Positions 19,209 to 29,230 are shown, numbered from the stretch's first letter. The stretch is 64,000 bases of DNA from Bradyrhizobiaceae bacterium (GCA_036676315.1 JAKFDB010000067.1:2180-66179); one strand, 5' to 3'. Numbers and translations are program-made. The notes: generated from the sequence alone by a model not told the origin.

Positions 19209-20093
19209 TCAGGCCAGCTGCGCAAGGGTGCGCGCGCGCTGCTCTGCCGGGGTGGCCGGCGCGGGACGCTGCGCCGGCCGGGTCGCGGCGTCGCGATACA
19301 GGCCGCGATGGACGGCGTCGGGAACCAGCGTCGTGGTGATGCCGATCACGGTCTCGGCCGCGCCGAGAATGAAGGCGCCGTTCGGTGCCAGGCGCTGGGA
19401 CAGCGCGGCCATGACCCGGGCCTTGGTCGGCACGTCGAAATAGATCAGGACGTTGCGGCAGAAGATGACGTCGAACTGCCCGAGATGGGCGCTCGATTCG
19501 AGCAGATTGTGCTGCTTCAGCTCGACCATGGCGCGAATGCGCTCGTTGACCCGCCATTTGTCGCCTTCCTGGCGAAAATACTTCAGCAGGAGCTGGATCG
19601 GCAGGCCGCGCTGGACCTCGAACTGGCTGTAGATGCCCTGGCGGGCCTTCTCGAGCACCTCCGTCGAGATGTCGGTGCCGAGGATCTCGACCTTCCAGCC
19701 GGCAAGCCGGCCGGCGGCGTCGTCGAGCAGCATCGCCAGCGAATAGGCCTCCTGTCCGCTCGAGACCGCCGCGCACCAGATGCGCAATTGCCGGCTCTGC
19801 GCGTTGGCTGCAAGCTTCTCGGGCAGGATCACGTCGCGGAACAGGTCGAACGGCGTCCGGTCGCGGAAGAACAGGGTCTCGTTGGTCGTCATCGCCTCGA
19901 CGACGGCGTTCTCGAGCTCGCGGCCGGGCTCGCGCCGCAGGGTCGCGACGAGCGCGCTGATGCCTTCGATGCTGCGTCGCCGGCAGAGCATGCCGAGACG
20001 GCTCTCGACCAGATAGCGCTTCTCCTGGCTGAGATGGAGGCCGGAGCGGACCTGGAGCAGGATGCGCAGGAAGTCGAAGTCTTGCTCCGTCAT
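19209..20093 (-). CDS. cheR: Chemotaxis methyltransferase CheR
   Basis: MTTNETLFFRD, IWCAAVSSGQEAYS, GTDIS and IFCRNVLIYFD. Confidence 0.97.
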   Translation of the reverse strand: MTEQDFDFLRILLQVRSGLHLSQEKRYLVESRLGMLCRRRSIEGISALVATLRREPGRELENAVVEAMTTNETLFFRDRTPFDLFRDVILPEKLAANAQSRQLRIWCAAVSSGQEAYSLAMLLDDAAGRLAGWKVEILGTDISTEVLEKARQGIYSQFEVQRGLPIQLLLKYFRQEGDKWRVNERIRAMVELKQHNLLESSAHLGQFDVIFCRNVLIYFDVPTKARVMAALSQRLAPNGAFILGAAETVIGITTTLVPDAVHRGLYRDAATRPAQRPAPATPAEQRARTLAQLA

Positions 20094-21208
20094 GCGCCGC
20101 GGCCTCCGCCGACGAGGGCGCGGATGGCTGGGCCGATATTGCCGAGCGGGACGATGGCGCTGGCGTGGCGGGCCCGGACGACGGAGCCGGGCATGCCCCA
20201 GATGGTGCTCGACGCCTCGTCCTGGGCAATGACGGCAGCGCCGGCGCGCCGCAGCGCTGCGGCGCCCTCGGTGCCGTCGCTGCCCATGCCGGTCATCACC
20301 AGGCCGAGTGCGGCAGGGCCGAGATGGCGCGCCGCCTCGTTGAACAGGACGTCGACGGCCGGGCGGCAGAAGCGCACTGGCGGGCCGTCGCTTACACTGG
20401 CGACGATGTGGCCGAGCTTGCGCTCGATGCCGAGATGGCGCCCGCCCGGCGCGATGTAGACGGTGCCGCGCGCCAGCCGCTCGCCATCATAGGGCTCGCG
20501 TGCGGGAACGCCGATCTGGGCGGCGATCTGGTCGGCGAAGGAAGCGGTGAACAGCGGCGGCATGTGCTGCACGATCAATGTCGTCAGATTGTGCACGGCG
20601 TCGCCGAGGTCGGACAGCACGCGGGCGACAGCGCGCGGACCGCCGGTGGAAGCGCCGATCACGAGATAGCGCGGCAGCACCGAGATCAGTGGCTTGAGGT
20701 CGACCACGCCGCTCAGGGACGTGGTCGGCGGCGGTGACAATTCGGAATCGGCAAGGGCAGTCCGGCTGCGGGACTGGCCGATGCTGGCGAGCTTGCCGAG
20801 GAACTCGCCGCGGAAATCGAGCGACAGGGTGAGGCCGCTGCGGCTATCGGGCTTCGGCAATACATCGACGGCGCCCATGGTCATGCATTGCAGCGCGAGG
20901 CGGGCATTGCGTTCAGTCAGCGTCGTCGTCATCAGCACGGCGGTGCCGGGGCTCTCCTTGACCAGCCGGGGGAGGGCGGCGACGCCGTCCAGCCCGGGCA
21001 TGTCGATGTCGAGCACCACGATGTCGGGGTGATAGCGGGCGGCATGCTCGATCGCCATCTCGCCGTCGCCGGCGACGGCGACGACATGGAATTTGCCGCT
21101 CTCGCCAAGCCAGCGCGCAAACAGCCCGCGCACGACGACGGAATCGTCGGCGATCACCACGGTACTGGGCCGCGGGCTGGTTTGGGGCGTGGGGCTCGTG
21201 GTCAGCAT
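20090..21208 (-). CDS. cheB: Chemotaxis methylesterase CheB (REC plus esterase)
   Basis: GASTGGP, QHMPP and MTGMGSDG catalytic triad; N-terminal REC domain. Confidence 0.97.
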   Translation of the reverse strand: MLTTSPTPQTSPRPSTVVIADDSVVVRGLFARWLGESGKFHVVAVAGDGEMAIEHAARYHPDIVVLDIDMPGLDGVAALPRLVKESPGTAVLMTTTLTERNARLALQCMTMGAVDVLPKPDSRSGLTLSLDFRGEFLGKLASIGQSRSRTALADSELSPPPTTSLSGVVDLKPLISVLPRYLVIGASTGGPRAVARVLSDLGDAVHNLTTLIVQHMPPLFTASFADQIAAQIGVPAREPYDGERLARGTVYIAPGGRHLGIERKLGHIVASVSDGPPVRFCRPAVDVLFNEAARHLGPAALGLVMTGMGSDGTEGAAALRRAGAAVIAQDEASSTIWGMPGSVVRARHASAIVPLGNIGPAIRALVGGGRGA

Positions 21209-21267
21209 CGGTGGCGCATGTCCCGGAAAGGTCGCGGCGTCAGGAGCCGAGCCGCAGGTGCGTCCCG

Positions 21268-21633
21268 TCAGAGCAGGCCGACCTGATGGAACTTCGAGGC
21301 CACGATTTCCTTGTCGAACGGCTTCATGATGTACTCGTCGGCGCCGGCATGCATGGCGCGGGCGATATGGGCGATGTCGTTCTCGGTGGTGCAGAACACG
21401 ACCTTGGGGCGCTTGCCGCCCGGCATCTGCCGCAGGTTCCGCAGGAAATCATAGCCGTCCATGATCGGCATGTTCCAGTCGAGCAGCACGGCGTCGGGCA
21501 TCTCGCCCTTGCAGGCGTCGATCGCGCGCGCGCCGTCCTCGGCCTCGGTAATGCGGAACTGCAGGCCCTCGAGGATCCGGCGGGCGACCTTGCGAATGAC
21601 GGCGGAGTCATCGACCACGAGGCAGTATTTCAT
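21268..21633 (-). CDS. cheY: Chemotaxis response regulator CheY
   Basis: LVVDDS...LLDWNMP...FCTTE...IMKPF single REC domain. Confidence 0.92.
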   Translation of the reverse strand: MKYCLVVDDSAVIRKVARRILEGLQFRITEAEDGARAIDACKGEMPDAVLLDWNMPIMDGYDFLRNLRQMPGGKRPKVVFCTTENDIAHIARAMHAGADEYIMKPFDKEIVASKFHQVGLL

Positions 21634-21661
21634 TTTCAATTCTCCGGGCAGGGTCGGCACC

Positions 21662-22168
21662 TCAGGCGGCGACCGGCAATTCGATTTTGAGGATGGCGTC
21701 GACGTCGAGAACGACCAGCAGGCGATCTTCGAGCCGGTGCACGCCCTTGGCGAGACCGGCCCAGCCGCGGTCGAGATGGATCGGCACAGGCTCGAAGGTA
21801 GAGCGCTCGAGGCGCATGACTTCGCCGACCTTGTCGACGATCAGCGCGAAGGCTTCGCCGCCCTGGTCGATGCCGACCGCGACGAGCTCGCAATCGGCGC
21901 CGCTTTTCGGGGCGGGGGCAGGGGCGGGCAGGAGGCCCATGCGCTGGCGCATGCAGATGGCGGTGACGATGCGGCCGCGCAGGTTCAGGAGGCCGACGAT
22001 CTCGCGCGGCGCCAGCGGCACCGGCGTGATGCGCGTGGCGATGAAGACGTCCTGGACGCGGCCGATCGGCAGGCCGAGCAGCTGTTCACCGATGGAGACG
22101 GTGACGTAGTCGAGCGAATCCTCGAAGCCGGAGCTGCCGGTCTCGTCCCTGGTGACCTCTGTGCTCAT
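21662..22168 (-). CDS. cheW: Chemotaxis coupling protein CheW
   Basis: ITPVPLAPREIVGLLNLRGRIVT and LIVDKVGEV. Confidence 0.95.
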   Translation of the reverse strand: MSTEVTRDETGSSGFEDSLDYVTVSIGEQLLGLPIGRVQDVFIATRITPVPLAPREIVGLLNLRGRIVTAICMRQRMGLLPAPAPAPKSGADCELVAVGIDQGGEAFALIVDKVGEVMRLERSTFEPVPIHLDRGWAGLAKGVHRLEDRLLVVLDVDAILKIELPVAA

Positions 22169-24750
22169 GCGGCTTGCCTCAGTCCCGGCCGGCACTCGGT
22201 CAACTCCGCGATCAGGGCGCGGCGGTCGAATTTGGTCACGACCTCGTCGAAGCGGGCCTGTGCCGCAGCGACATGCAGCTCGGGAGTGGGCAGGGTCGAC
22301 AGCCCGATGATCCGCAGGCCGGCATGTCTGGGTTCGGCGCGCAGACGGATGGCGAGCGCGAGGCCGGCCTCGGGATCGCGGTCGAGATCGAGCACGATCG
22401 CCGCGAGATCGGCGTGGCCGGCCGCGATGCCCGCCGCGAGTGCGATATCGCCGCTCTGGCTGACCCGCATGCCCGAGGCCTTGAGCACGGGCACCAGCAT
22501 CTCGCGCAGGAAGTCGGAAGGCTCGATCAGCAGGACATGCGGCCCATTGGCCAGCGTCTCGTCGCGGCGGCTGCGCAGCCAGTTGGCGTTGGCCTGGGGC
22601 AGGTAGTGGGCGAGATCGAGGATTTCGGTGGCGCGCCCGCGGATGATCGCCGAGCCGACGACACCATTCTCGACCATGGCGACCATCTCGATGTCGAGCG
22701 TTTCCTCGACGATGTCGACGATGGCATCGACGGCGAGCGCCATGGTGAACTCGCCATCCGAGAAGATGACCAGCGGCTGCAGGCCGCTCTGCCGGATCTC
22801 GACGCCCTCGACGGGGACGATCGGCATCAGCTTGCCGCGATAATTCAACAGGGAGCGTCCGCCGCCGCTTTCGAAAAGCGCGGCGTCGACCTCTTCGAGC
22901 CGGGTGACCAGCGCGAGCGGCACGGCCTTGAGCTGATTGGCGCCGGCCCGGAAGACCAGCATGGTGGTCCGCTCGGCGGCCGAGACGATGTCGCCGGCGG
23001 TGCTTTGGACAGCAGCCTCGTGGCCGCCGGAGAGGGCGCCGACCAGGCGCGCGACGCCGTTGGGGTCGATGATCAGCACGACCGCGCCGTCGCCCAGTAT
23101 GGTGTTGCCGGAGAACAGCGGGATGTGCCGCAGCTTGGTCGACATCGGTTTGACGACGATTTCCTCGGTATGGAACACCGAGTCGACGAGGATGCCGAAC
23201 TGGCGCTCGCCGACCTGCGTCACCACGATGAAGCCATCCTCCATCGGCGCTGAGCCCCGGTTCATGACGCCGGCGAGCGCGATGATCGGGAGCAACCGGT
23301 CACGCAGGCGCAGCACCGGCGAGTCGTTGATGCGCTCGATACGGTGCTCGCTGCCGGCCTTGACCCGCACCAGTTCGCGCACGACGACCTGCGGAATGGC
23401 GAAGCGCTGAGCGCCCGAAGCGACGATCAGTGCCGAGACGATCGCCAGCGTGAGCGGGATCTTGATGGTGATCGCGGTGCCGACGCCGGCGATGCTGGCG
23501 ATGTCGACGACGCCGCCGATCGCGTCGACATTGACCTTGACGACGTCCATGCCGACGCCGCGCCCGGAAATCGCGGTGATGTCCTCGGTGGTCGAGAAGC
23601 CCGGATGGAAGACGAAGCGCAGGATCTGCGCCTCGGTCATCTTCTCGATCTCCGCCTCGCTCGCCAGCGCGTGCTGGATCGCCTTGCTGCGGATGCGAGC
23701 GACGTCCATGCCGCGGCCGTCATCATTGATGGCGATGGTGACCGAACCGCCCTCGTGATAGGCCGAGACGCGGATCGTGCCGTTCTCGGGCTTGCCGAGG
23801 GCCAGCCGCTCCGCCGGCGGCTCGATGGCATGGTCGGCGCAGTTGCGCACCATGTGGGTGAGCGGATCCTTGATCAGGTCCAGGATCTGCCGGTCGAGTT
23901 CGGTGTCCTCGCCCTCCATCACCAGCTCGATCTTCTTGTCGAGATCGGTGGAGAGATCACGCACGATGCGCGGCAGCTTCGACCAGGCGTTGCCGATCGG
24001 CTGCATGCGGGTCTTCATCACGCCGTCCTGCAGTTCGGCAGTGATCAGGGACAGCCGCTGCAGCGGCGCCTTCAGTCCAGCATCCTCCTGCTGACGCGAG
24101 ATCTCGAGGAGCTGGTTGCGGGTCAGCACCAGCTCCGAGACCATCGTCATCAGATGCTCGAGCGTGTCGACGTTGACGCGCAGCGTGGCGGGGCCGACGG
24201 CGCGCGCCACCGTCTCCTCGCTGCCGGGCGCACGCGGCTGGTCGAGCGGACTGGGCGCCGCCCGGAAGACCAGGTCGAGATCATCGGGCTTGCCCGCTCC
24301 GGCCGATTTGGCGAGATAGGCCGCGACCGGATCGAGGCCAGCGGTGGGTTCTTGCCGGGCTGCCAGTTCCTGCTTGGCCTTGGCCGCGAGCGCGCGCAGC
24401 TCGCCGATCAGCGGGTCGTCATTGCCCGGCGGCTCCTGCCCCTTCTCGGTCAGCTCGGCCATGATCTCCTTGATCTGGTCGATCGTCTCGAGGATCGCGG
24501 TGACGGCGGTGGAGGAGACCGAGGCCCCGTCGCGGAACTGGCCCATCACCGATTCCGCGGCGTGGGTCAGCGCTTCCAGACGCGGCAGGCCGATGAAGCC
24601 GCAGGTGCCTTTGACGGTGTGGACCAGCCGGAAGATGTTGCGCAGGATGTCGGTATTGTTCGGTTCCTGCTCGAAGCGAACGAGCTCGCGATCCACCGTG
24701 TCGAGATGCTCGCCGGTCTCGCTAAGGAACTCTTGCAGCAACTCGTCCAT
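22165..24750 (-). CDS. cheA: Hybrid CheA kinase (Hpt, dimerisation, HATPase, two CheW domains, C-terminal REC)
   Basis: FRLVHTVKG, HMVRNCADH, DDGRG and SGRGVGMDVV; two P5 domains; REC-like tail. Confidence 0.97.
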   Translation of the reverse strand: MDELLQEFLSETGEHLDTVDRELVRFEQEPNNTDILRNIFRLVHTVKGTCGFIGLPRLEALTHAAESVMGQFRDGASVSSTAVTAILETIDQIKEIMAELTEKGQEPPGNDDPLIGELRALAAKAKQELAARQEPTAGLDPVAAYLAKSAGAGKPDDLDLVFRAAPSPLDQPRAPGSEETVARAVGPATLRVNVDTLEHLMTMVSELVLTRNQLLEISRQQEDAGLKAPLQRLSLITAELQDGVMKTRMQPIGNAWSKLPRIVRDLSTDLDKKIELVMEGEDTELDRQILDLIKDPLTHMVRNCADHAIEPPAERLALGKPENGTIRVSAYHEGGSVTIAINDDGRGMDVARIRSKAIQHALASEAEIEKMTEAQILRFVFHPGFSTTEDITAISGRGVGMDVVKVNVDAIGGVVDIASIAGVGTAITIKIPLTLAIVSALIVASGAQRFAIPQVVVRELVRVKAGSEHRIERINDSPVLRLRDRLLPIIALAGVMNRGSAPMEDGFIVVTQVGERQFGILVDSVFHTEEIVVKPMSTKLRHIPLFSGNTILGDGAVVLIIDPNGVARLVGALSGGHEAAVQSTAGDIVSAAERTTMLVFRAGANQLKAVPLALVTRLEEVDAALFESGGGRSLLNYRGKLMPIVPVEGVEIRQSGLQPLVIFSDGEFTMALAVDAIVDIVEETLDIEMVAMVENGVVGSAIIRGRATEILDLAHYLPQANANWLRSRRDETLANGPHVLLIEPSDFLREMLVPVLKASGMRVSQSGDIALAAGIAAGHADLAAIVLDLDRDPEAGLALAIRLRAEPRHAGLRIIGLSTLPTPELHVAAAQARFDEVVTKFDRRALIAELTECRPGLRQAA

Positions 24751-24803
24751 GCGAGGACCGTTCACTCACGCCACTGATGCAGCCTCGGATAGTGCGGGCG
24801 AAG

Positions 24804-24820
24804 GGTTTATGATCAGTTGA
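24804..24820 (-). promoter_or_regulatory. CtrA-like box upstream of cheA
   Basis: Minus strand TCAA-CTGATCA-TAAACC, two mismatches. Confidence 0.4.
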
Positions 24821-24876
24821 GATCGCCCGGAAAGCTGGTCGAGATCGTGCTTTCGGCTGATTTGACCGGCCGTGGC

Positions 24877-25515
24877 TCAGGCCGGATCGGCGGAGATGCT
24901 GACGGTGTCGCCTTCGATGCTGAAGCTGATCGTCATTCCGGCCGCGCGGGCCACCATTCCGGTATAGACCGGCTGGACGGCGTGGGCGTCGATCGTGCCG
25001 CCCTCGGCCCGGCCGGCGATGAGTTCTTCGACATGGGCGGGGATGCGGGCATGCGAGCCCGTCGCCGTGATCCTGAAGCTGCCCTGCTCGCCGGTCACCG
25101 TGGTACGGCAGATGATCTTGCCGCCGCGCGGGATCGCCTGCGTCGCCAGCACCAGCAGGTTGAGGACGAGCTTGACCTGGTTCTTCGGCAGCAGCGCGCG
25201 CGGCGCTTCCCAGTCGAGCGAGAGCTTCTCGTCGTTGAGGAAGCCGTTGGCGACGTTGCCGGCGTCGCCGAGGTCGATCATCGCACCGGCAGATCCGGCC
25301 GCGCCGAAGGCAAGGCGGGCGAACTGCAGGCGGGCCGAGGCGTTGCGTGCACTCTTCTTGATCAGGTCGAGCGCGAACTCCTTCATCGAGGGATCGTCCT
25401 CCTCGAGCACCTCAAGCGCGTTGACGATGGCACCGACCGGGCTGATCACGTCATGGCAGACGCGGCTGCACAGAAGCGCGGCCAGATCGAGCGGCTCGAG
25501 CGTGATGGCGGTCAT
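24877..25515 (-). CDS. chpT: Histidine phosphotransferase ChpT
   Basis: LAALLCSRVCHDVISPVGAI...ARLQFARLAFGAAGS. Confidence 0.96.
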   Translation of the reverse strand: MTAITLEPLDLAALLCSRVCHDVISPVGAIVNALEVLEEDDPSMKEFALDLIKKSARNASARLQFARLAFGAAGSAGAMIDLGDAGNVANGFLNDEKLSLDWEAPRALLPKNQVKLVLNLLVLATQAIPRGGKIICRTTVTGEQGSFRITATGSHARIPAHVEELIAGRAEGGTIDAHAVQPVYTGMVARAAGMTISFSIEGDTVSISADPA

Positions 25516-25755
25516 GATCTGGTCCTAGGTCATAAGGGGGGCGGCGCCTTCGGCACCGGCCATAAGCACCGCAGAATGCGCGAGTCTGGTTTGCAGGGAG
25601 TTAAGCATGCGGAGCCGGCAGGAATAACTTCGGCGAGCATGCTCCGGCAGGATGGCGGCCAGAAGGCGAGCCGGCTTTCCCTTTCTGCTGCAATGCTCTA
25701 GGTGATCTCATATCGCGCGGCGCGGCTGATCAGCTGCGGATTTGGCTCGGAACCC

Positions 25756-26601
25756 ATGACGATTGCTCCCGATGATCCGCTCCTGCTGGACCGGGACCGG
25801 CTTGCCGGCCTGCTGGGTGAAGCGGCATGCCGCAGTGCCGCGGTGCTGCTGGCCAAGCGCTCGGCCTGCGACGTCAAGCTGAAGCCCGACGGCTCGCCGG
25901 TCTGCTCCGCCGACATTGCGGCTGACGAGGCGGCGAAGGCGGCGCTGGCGCAACTGCTGCCCGACTTTCCGGTGATCAGCGAGGAAAGCGTCGGCGAGGT
26001 CGAGGTCAAGCCGGTCTTCATCCTGCTCGACCCGCTGGACGGTACGCGTGAATTCCTGGCAGGCGGCGACAGCTATTGCGTCTGCATCGCCATCATCTGC
26101 GCCGGGCGGCCGATCGCGGGGGCGATCGCGGCTCCCGGCCTCGGCCGGCTCTGGTATGGCGGCGAGCGAGCCTTCGCCCAGGCACTGGGTCCGGATGCGG
26201 CGCCGGCCGGTGCGCCCGTCATGATCCAGGTCCGGGCCGAGCCGCCGGCGGGACCGCGCATGCTGGTCAGCCGCTTTCATGGCGATGCGCTGAGCGCTGG
26301 AATCGCTGCTGCCATGGGCGATGGCGAAGGTGCTCCGGTGTCCTCCGCGGTGAAATTCGGCCTGATCGCCGCTGGCGAGGCGGATCTGCATGTCCGTGGC
26401 GGCGCGACGATGGAATGGGACGTCGCCGCCGGGGAAGCGATCCTCGACGCTGCCGGCGGCGTGGTCCGCACCCTCACGGGAGCGGTGCCCGCCTATGGCT
26501 GCAGCGAGCGCGCCTTCCGCAATCCGCCTTTCGTCGCGGCCGGCAGCGAGGATCTCGCGGCGCGCGCCATCGCACAGGCGCTCGGCGGGCCTTCGGCCTG
26601 A
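25756..26601 (+). CDS. cysQ: 3'(2'),5'-bisphosphate nucleotidase CysQ / inositol monophosphatase family
   Basis: KPDGSPV, DPLDGTREF and EWDVAAG motifs. Confidence 0.85.
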   Translation: MTIAPDDPLLLDRDRLAGLLGEAACRSAAVLLAKRSACDVKLKPDGSPVCSADIAADEAAKAALAQLLPDFPVISEESVGEVEVKPVFILLDPLDGTREFLAGGDSYCVCIAIICAGRPIAGAIAAPGLGRLWYGGERAFAQALGPDAAPAGAPVMIQVRAEPPAGPRMLVSRFHGDALSAGIAAAMGDGEGAPVSSAVKFGLIAAGEADLHVRGGATMEWDVAAGEAILDAAGGVVRTLTGAVPAYGCSERAFRNPPFVAAGSEDLAARAIAQALGGPSA

Positions 26602-26604
26602 GAT

Positions 26605-27129
26605 TCAGCGAGCGACCTGGCGTGCGACGGCCGGCCAGTTGGCCCGCGCCTGCTCCCGCAGCGGGGCTTCGGCAAGGAAGCGGCGACGGCTTTCCTCGGT
26701 CCGGAAAAAGAACAGCTCGTTGTCGATGACGGCGTAGCGGCGGGGATCGGCATCGACCGCGTGCCCTGCGGCGACAGCGCTGGCGTCGAAGCCGGCGAAA
26801 CGCGGCTCGTAGAGCGCGGGAGCGTCGAGGAAGGCGTCGCGATTGGCGGCGCTGGCGAAGCGCCAGACCGCGCCGTCATGGGTCAGTTCATGCTCCGGCA
26901 GTCCCGGTGCCAGGCCGTTGTCGAGATGATAGGCGACAGGATCGAAGCCGGCGAGCGCGATCGGCGAACGCGTCCCGCGCATCATCGTTTCGCCGAGACC
27001 CGGCAGATCGGGCAATCCTGCCGGCAAGGCAGAGGCCGATTCCTGGCTACCGGCGGGGCTGGCAGACAGAAAGATCAGGGCTCCGATGACGGCGAGCAGG
27101 TGCCGCCTCTGCCTTGCTGCGGCCTTCAT
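26605..27129 (-). CDS. YHS-domain-type secreted protein
   Basis: Signal peptide; GFDPVAY, WRFASAANRDAF and YEPRFAG. Confidence 0.75.
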   Translation of the reverse strand: MKAAARQRRHLLAVIGALIFLSASPAGSQESASALPAGLPDLPGLGETMMRGTRSPIALAGFDPVAYHLDNGLAPGLPEHELTHDGAVWRFASAANRDAFLDAPALYEPRFAGFDASAVAAGHAVDADPRRYAVIDNELFFFRTEESRRRFLAEAPLREQARANWPAVARQVAR

Positions 27130-27182
27130 TGCCGTAAAATCCTCGGAAAAGCGTCGTCGCGCCGGCAGGCGGGCGGTTCTTC

Positions 27183-27217
27183 ACTGCTTGGATACACATG
27201 CAGGGTATCCAAGCAGT
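27183..27217. promoter_or_regulatory. Perfect 13-bp inverted repeat in a divergent promoter region
   Basis: ACTGCTTGGATAC-N9-GTATCCAAGCAGT. Confidence 0.5.
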
Positions 27218-27323
27218 TACCGTAATCGCGTGAATCGACGCGCATTGGCGCGCTCTTGCGCCGCCGCCGCCCGGGTCGAAAGGCCGCAAGCCTTGAGTCC
27301 GGCGCTGGCCTGGAGACGATGTG

Positions 27324-27893
27324 ATGGACCATACCCGCCGCAACCTTTTGGCAGCCGCGCTCCTGCTCGCGGCCACTGCCGCCAGCGCTCCTGCCGCCGC
27401 CCAGAACGAACGCTCCTTCTCGCAGAACGAGCTGGTCGGCTCCGGTCACCAGTTCTTCGGCAATGTCTCGCGCGGCTTCGCGCTCACCGTCGAGGAGGCG
27501 GTGCGCCGCTGGGGCGAGCCGAACGGCTATGTGCTTGGCCAGGAAGCGTCAGGCGCCTTCGTCGGCGGCCTGCGTTATGGCGAGGGCACGCTGTTCACCC
27601 GCAATGCCGGCGACCGCAAGGTCTTCTGGCAGGGACCCTCGGTCGGCTTCGACTTCGGCGGCGAGGGCGCCCGCACGATGATGCTGGTCTACAACCTGCC
27701 CAGCGTCAGCGCGCTCTATCAGCGTTTCGCCGGCGTCGACGGCTCGGTCTATTTCGTCGGTGGCTTCGGCTTCACGGCGATGACGGCCGAGGGCGTCATG
27801 CTGGTGCCGATCCGCACCGGCGTCGGCTGGCGGCTCGGCGTCAATCTCGGCTACCTGAAGTTCACGCCGCAGGCGACCTGGAATCCGTTCTGA
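27324..27893 (+). CDS. eipA: DUF1134 periplasmic protein (EipA family)
   Basis: GLRYGEG, FWQGPSVGFDFG and PIRTGVGWRLGVNLGYLKFT; sits near chpT/ctrA as known for eipA. Confidence 0.8.
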   Translation: MDHTRRNLLAAALLLAATAASAPAAAQNERSFSQNELVGSGHQFFGNVSRGFALTVEEAVRRWGEPNGYVLGQEASGAFVGGLRYGEGTLFTRNAGDRKVFWQGPSVGFDFGGEGARTMMLVYNLPSVSALYQRFAGVDGSVYFVGGFGFTAMTAEGVMLVPIRTGVGWRLGVNLGYLKFTPQATWNPF

Positions 27894-27964
27894 GCGATCG
27901 AGCTGCCGTTACTGGAATTGTGCTTTCGGTCATGGCAAGCTGACTTTTCGCGCCATAGTCTAGA

Positions 27965-29230
27965 ATGGAGCCGCCAGCCTTGATTGAAGCCGTCATGCTC
28001 GTCACGCTCGGCTTCCTGGCTGCCAGTCTGCTTGCGCTTGCAGCGCTGCCGGCTCTGGCACGCCGGGCGGACAGGTTGGCGCGCCGACGGGCCGAAGCCG
28101 CCTTTCCGCTTTCGCTGGCGGAGATCGCCGCTGACCGCGACCATCTGCGGGCCGAACTCGCCATGCGCGAGCGGGCGCTCGAGCAGCGGGCCGAGAGCGG
28201 CTTTGCCGCCAAGGCCGGCGCGATGAACGAGATCGGTCGGCGCGACATGGCGATCAGCCAGCTCGAGCGCGATCTCGCCGAGCGGCGAAAGCGCGTCGCG
28301 GGGCTCGAAACGGAGCTGGCACAGACCGAGCAGAATCTCGCCCGGACCCGCGAGGAGCTCGCCCGGGAGAGCGCCGGCCACCAGACGACGCAAGCAACGC
28401 TTTCGGTGCGCGTCAGCGACCTCGCGGCGCTGGAGCAGCGCCTGGCCGAGACGCGGACCGCGCTCAGCGGCACCAGCGCCGATCTCGCTGCGCGAAGCCA
28501 TGAGCTCTCGGAGACACGGGCGACGAACGGGCGGCTGGAAGCCGTCCTGACGGAGCGCGATGCGGCGCTGGCGACGCTCAGGAGCGAGCATGCCGGCCAG
28601 CATGTCGCTTTGGTCGAGGCCGGCACGCTGCGCCTGACGCTGGAGACCAGGCGCGACGAGCTTGCCGGGCGGCTGACGGCGAGCGAGAAGGCCCTGGCCG
28701 AGACCAGGACTGCGCTGGCTGCGATGAAGGTCGACCGCGACAGCGAGAGACTGCGCGCCGACGCGGTCACTGGCCGTGCGGTCGAGGCCGAGGCGGCTCA
28801 GGCGAGCGCCGATGCCAACGCCGCCAAGCTCGGCGCCGAGATCGCCAGACAGGAGGCCGCCGTGAAGCAGGGATCTGTCGAGCTCGCCGTGGCGCTGGCC
28901 CGGATCGCGACGCTGGAAAGCGAGCTGGGCGCGGCGGCCGCCGCCAATGCCGAACTCAAGCAGGAATTCGTCGCCGAGGCCAAGCGGCAGCGCGAGGGCA
29001 TGCGCCAGCGCGACGAGGCGGTTGAGGCGATACATGCCGAAATGCTCACCCTCCAGGGCGCGCGCGACCAGGCGAGGGCCGACCGCGCCGGCCTGAAGCG
29101 CGAGCTTGCGAAGCTGCGGCGCGAGGGCGGCACCGGCGACAAGGCGGACGAGACCGCCTTGCGCCAGGAGATCGTGAGGCTCGCCGACGCGCTGCTGACC
29201 TCGGCCGAGAACCGCGAGGCGGCGGAGTAG
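27965..29230 (+). CDS. Membrane-anchored long coiled-coil protein, unknown function
   Basis: One N-terminal TM segment followed by about 380 aa of A/E/R/L heptad-rich sequence. Confidence 0.8.
   Translation: MEPPALIEAVMLVTLGFLAASLLALAALPALARRADRLARRRAEAAFPLSLAEIAADRDHLRAELAMRERALEQRAESGFAAKAGAMNEIGRRDMAISQLERDLAERRKRVAGLETELAQTEQNLARTREELARESAGHQTTQATLSVRVSDLAALEQRLAETRTALSGTSADLAARSHELSETRATNGRLEAVLTERDAALATLRSEHAGQHVALVEAGTLRLTLETRRDELAGRLTASEKALAETRTALAAMKVDRDSERLRADAVTGRAVEAEAAQASADANAAKLGAEIARQEAAVKQGSVELAVALARIATLESELGAAAAANAELKQEFVAEAKRQREGMRQRDEAVEAIHAEMLTLQGARDQARADRAGLKRELAKLRREGGTGDKADETALRQEIVRLADALLTSAENREAAE

Noticed and set aside
25590-25604. CtrA site upstream of chpT (TTAA-N7-CAAACC, minus strand)
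   Set aside because: Only one good half-site, so too weak to list as a feature.
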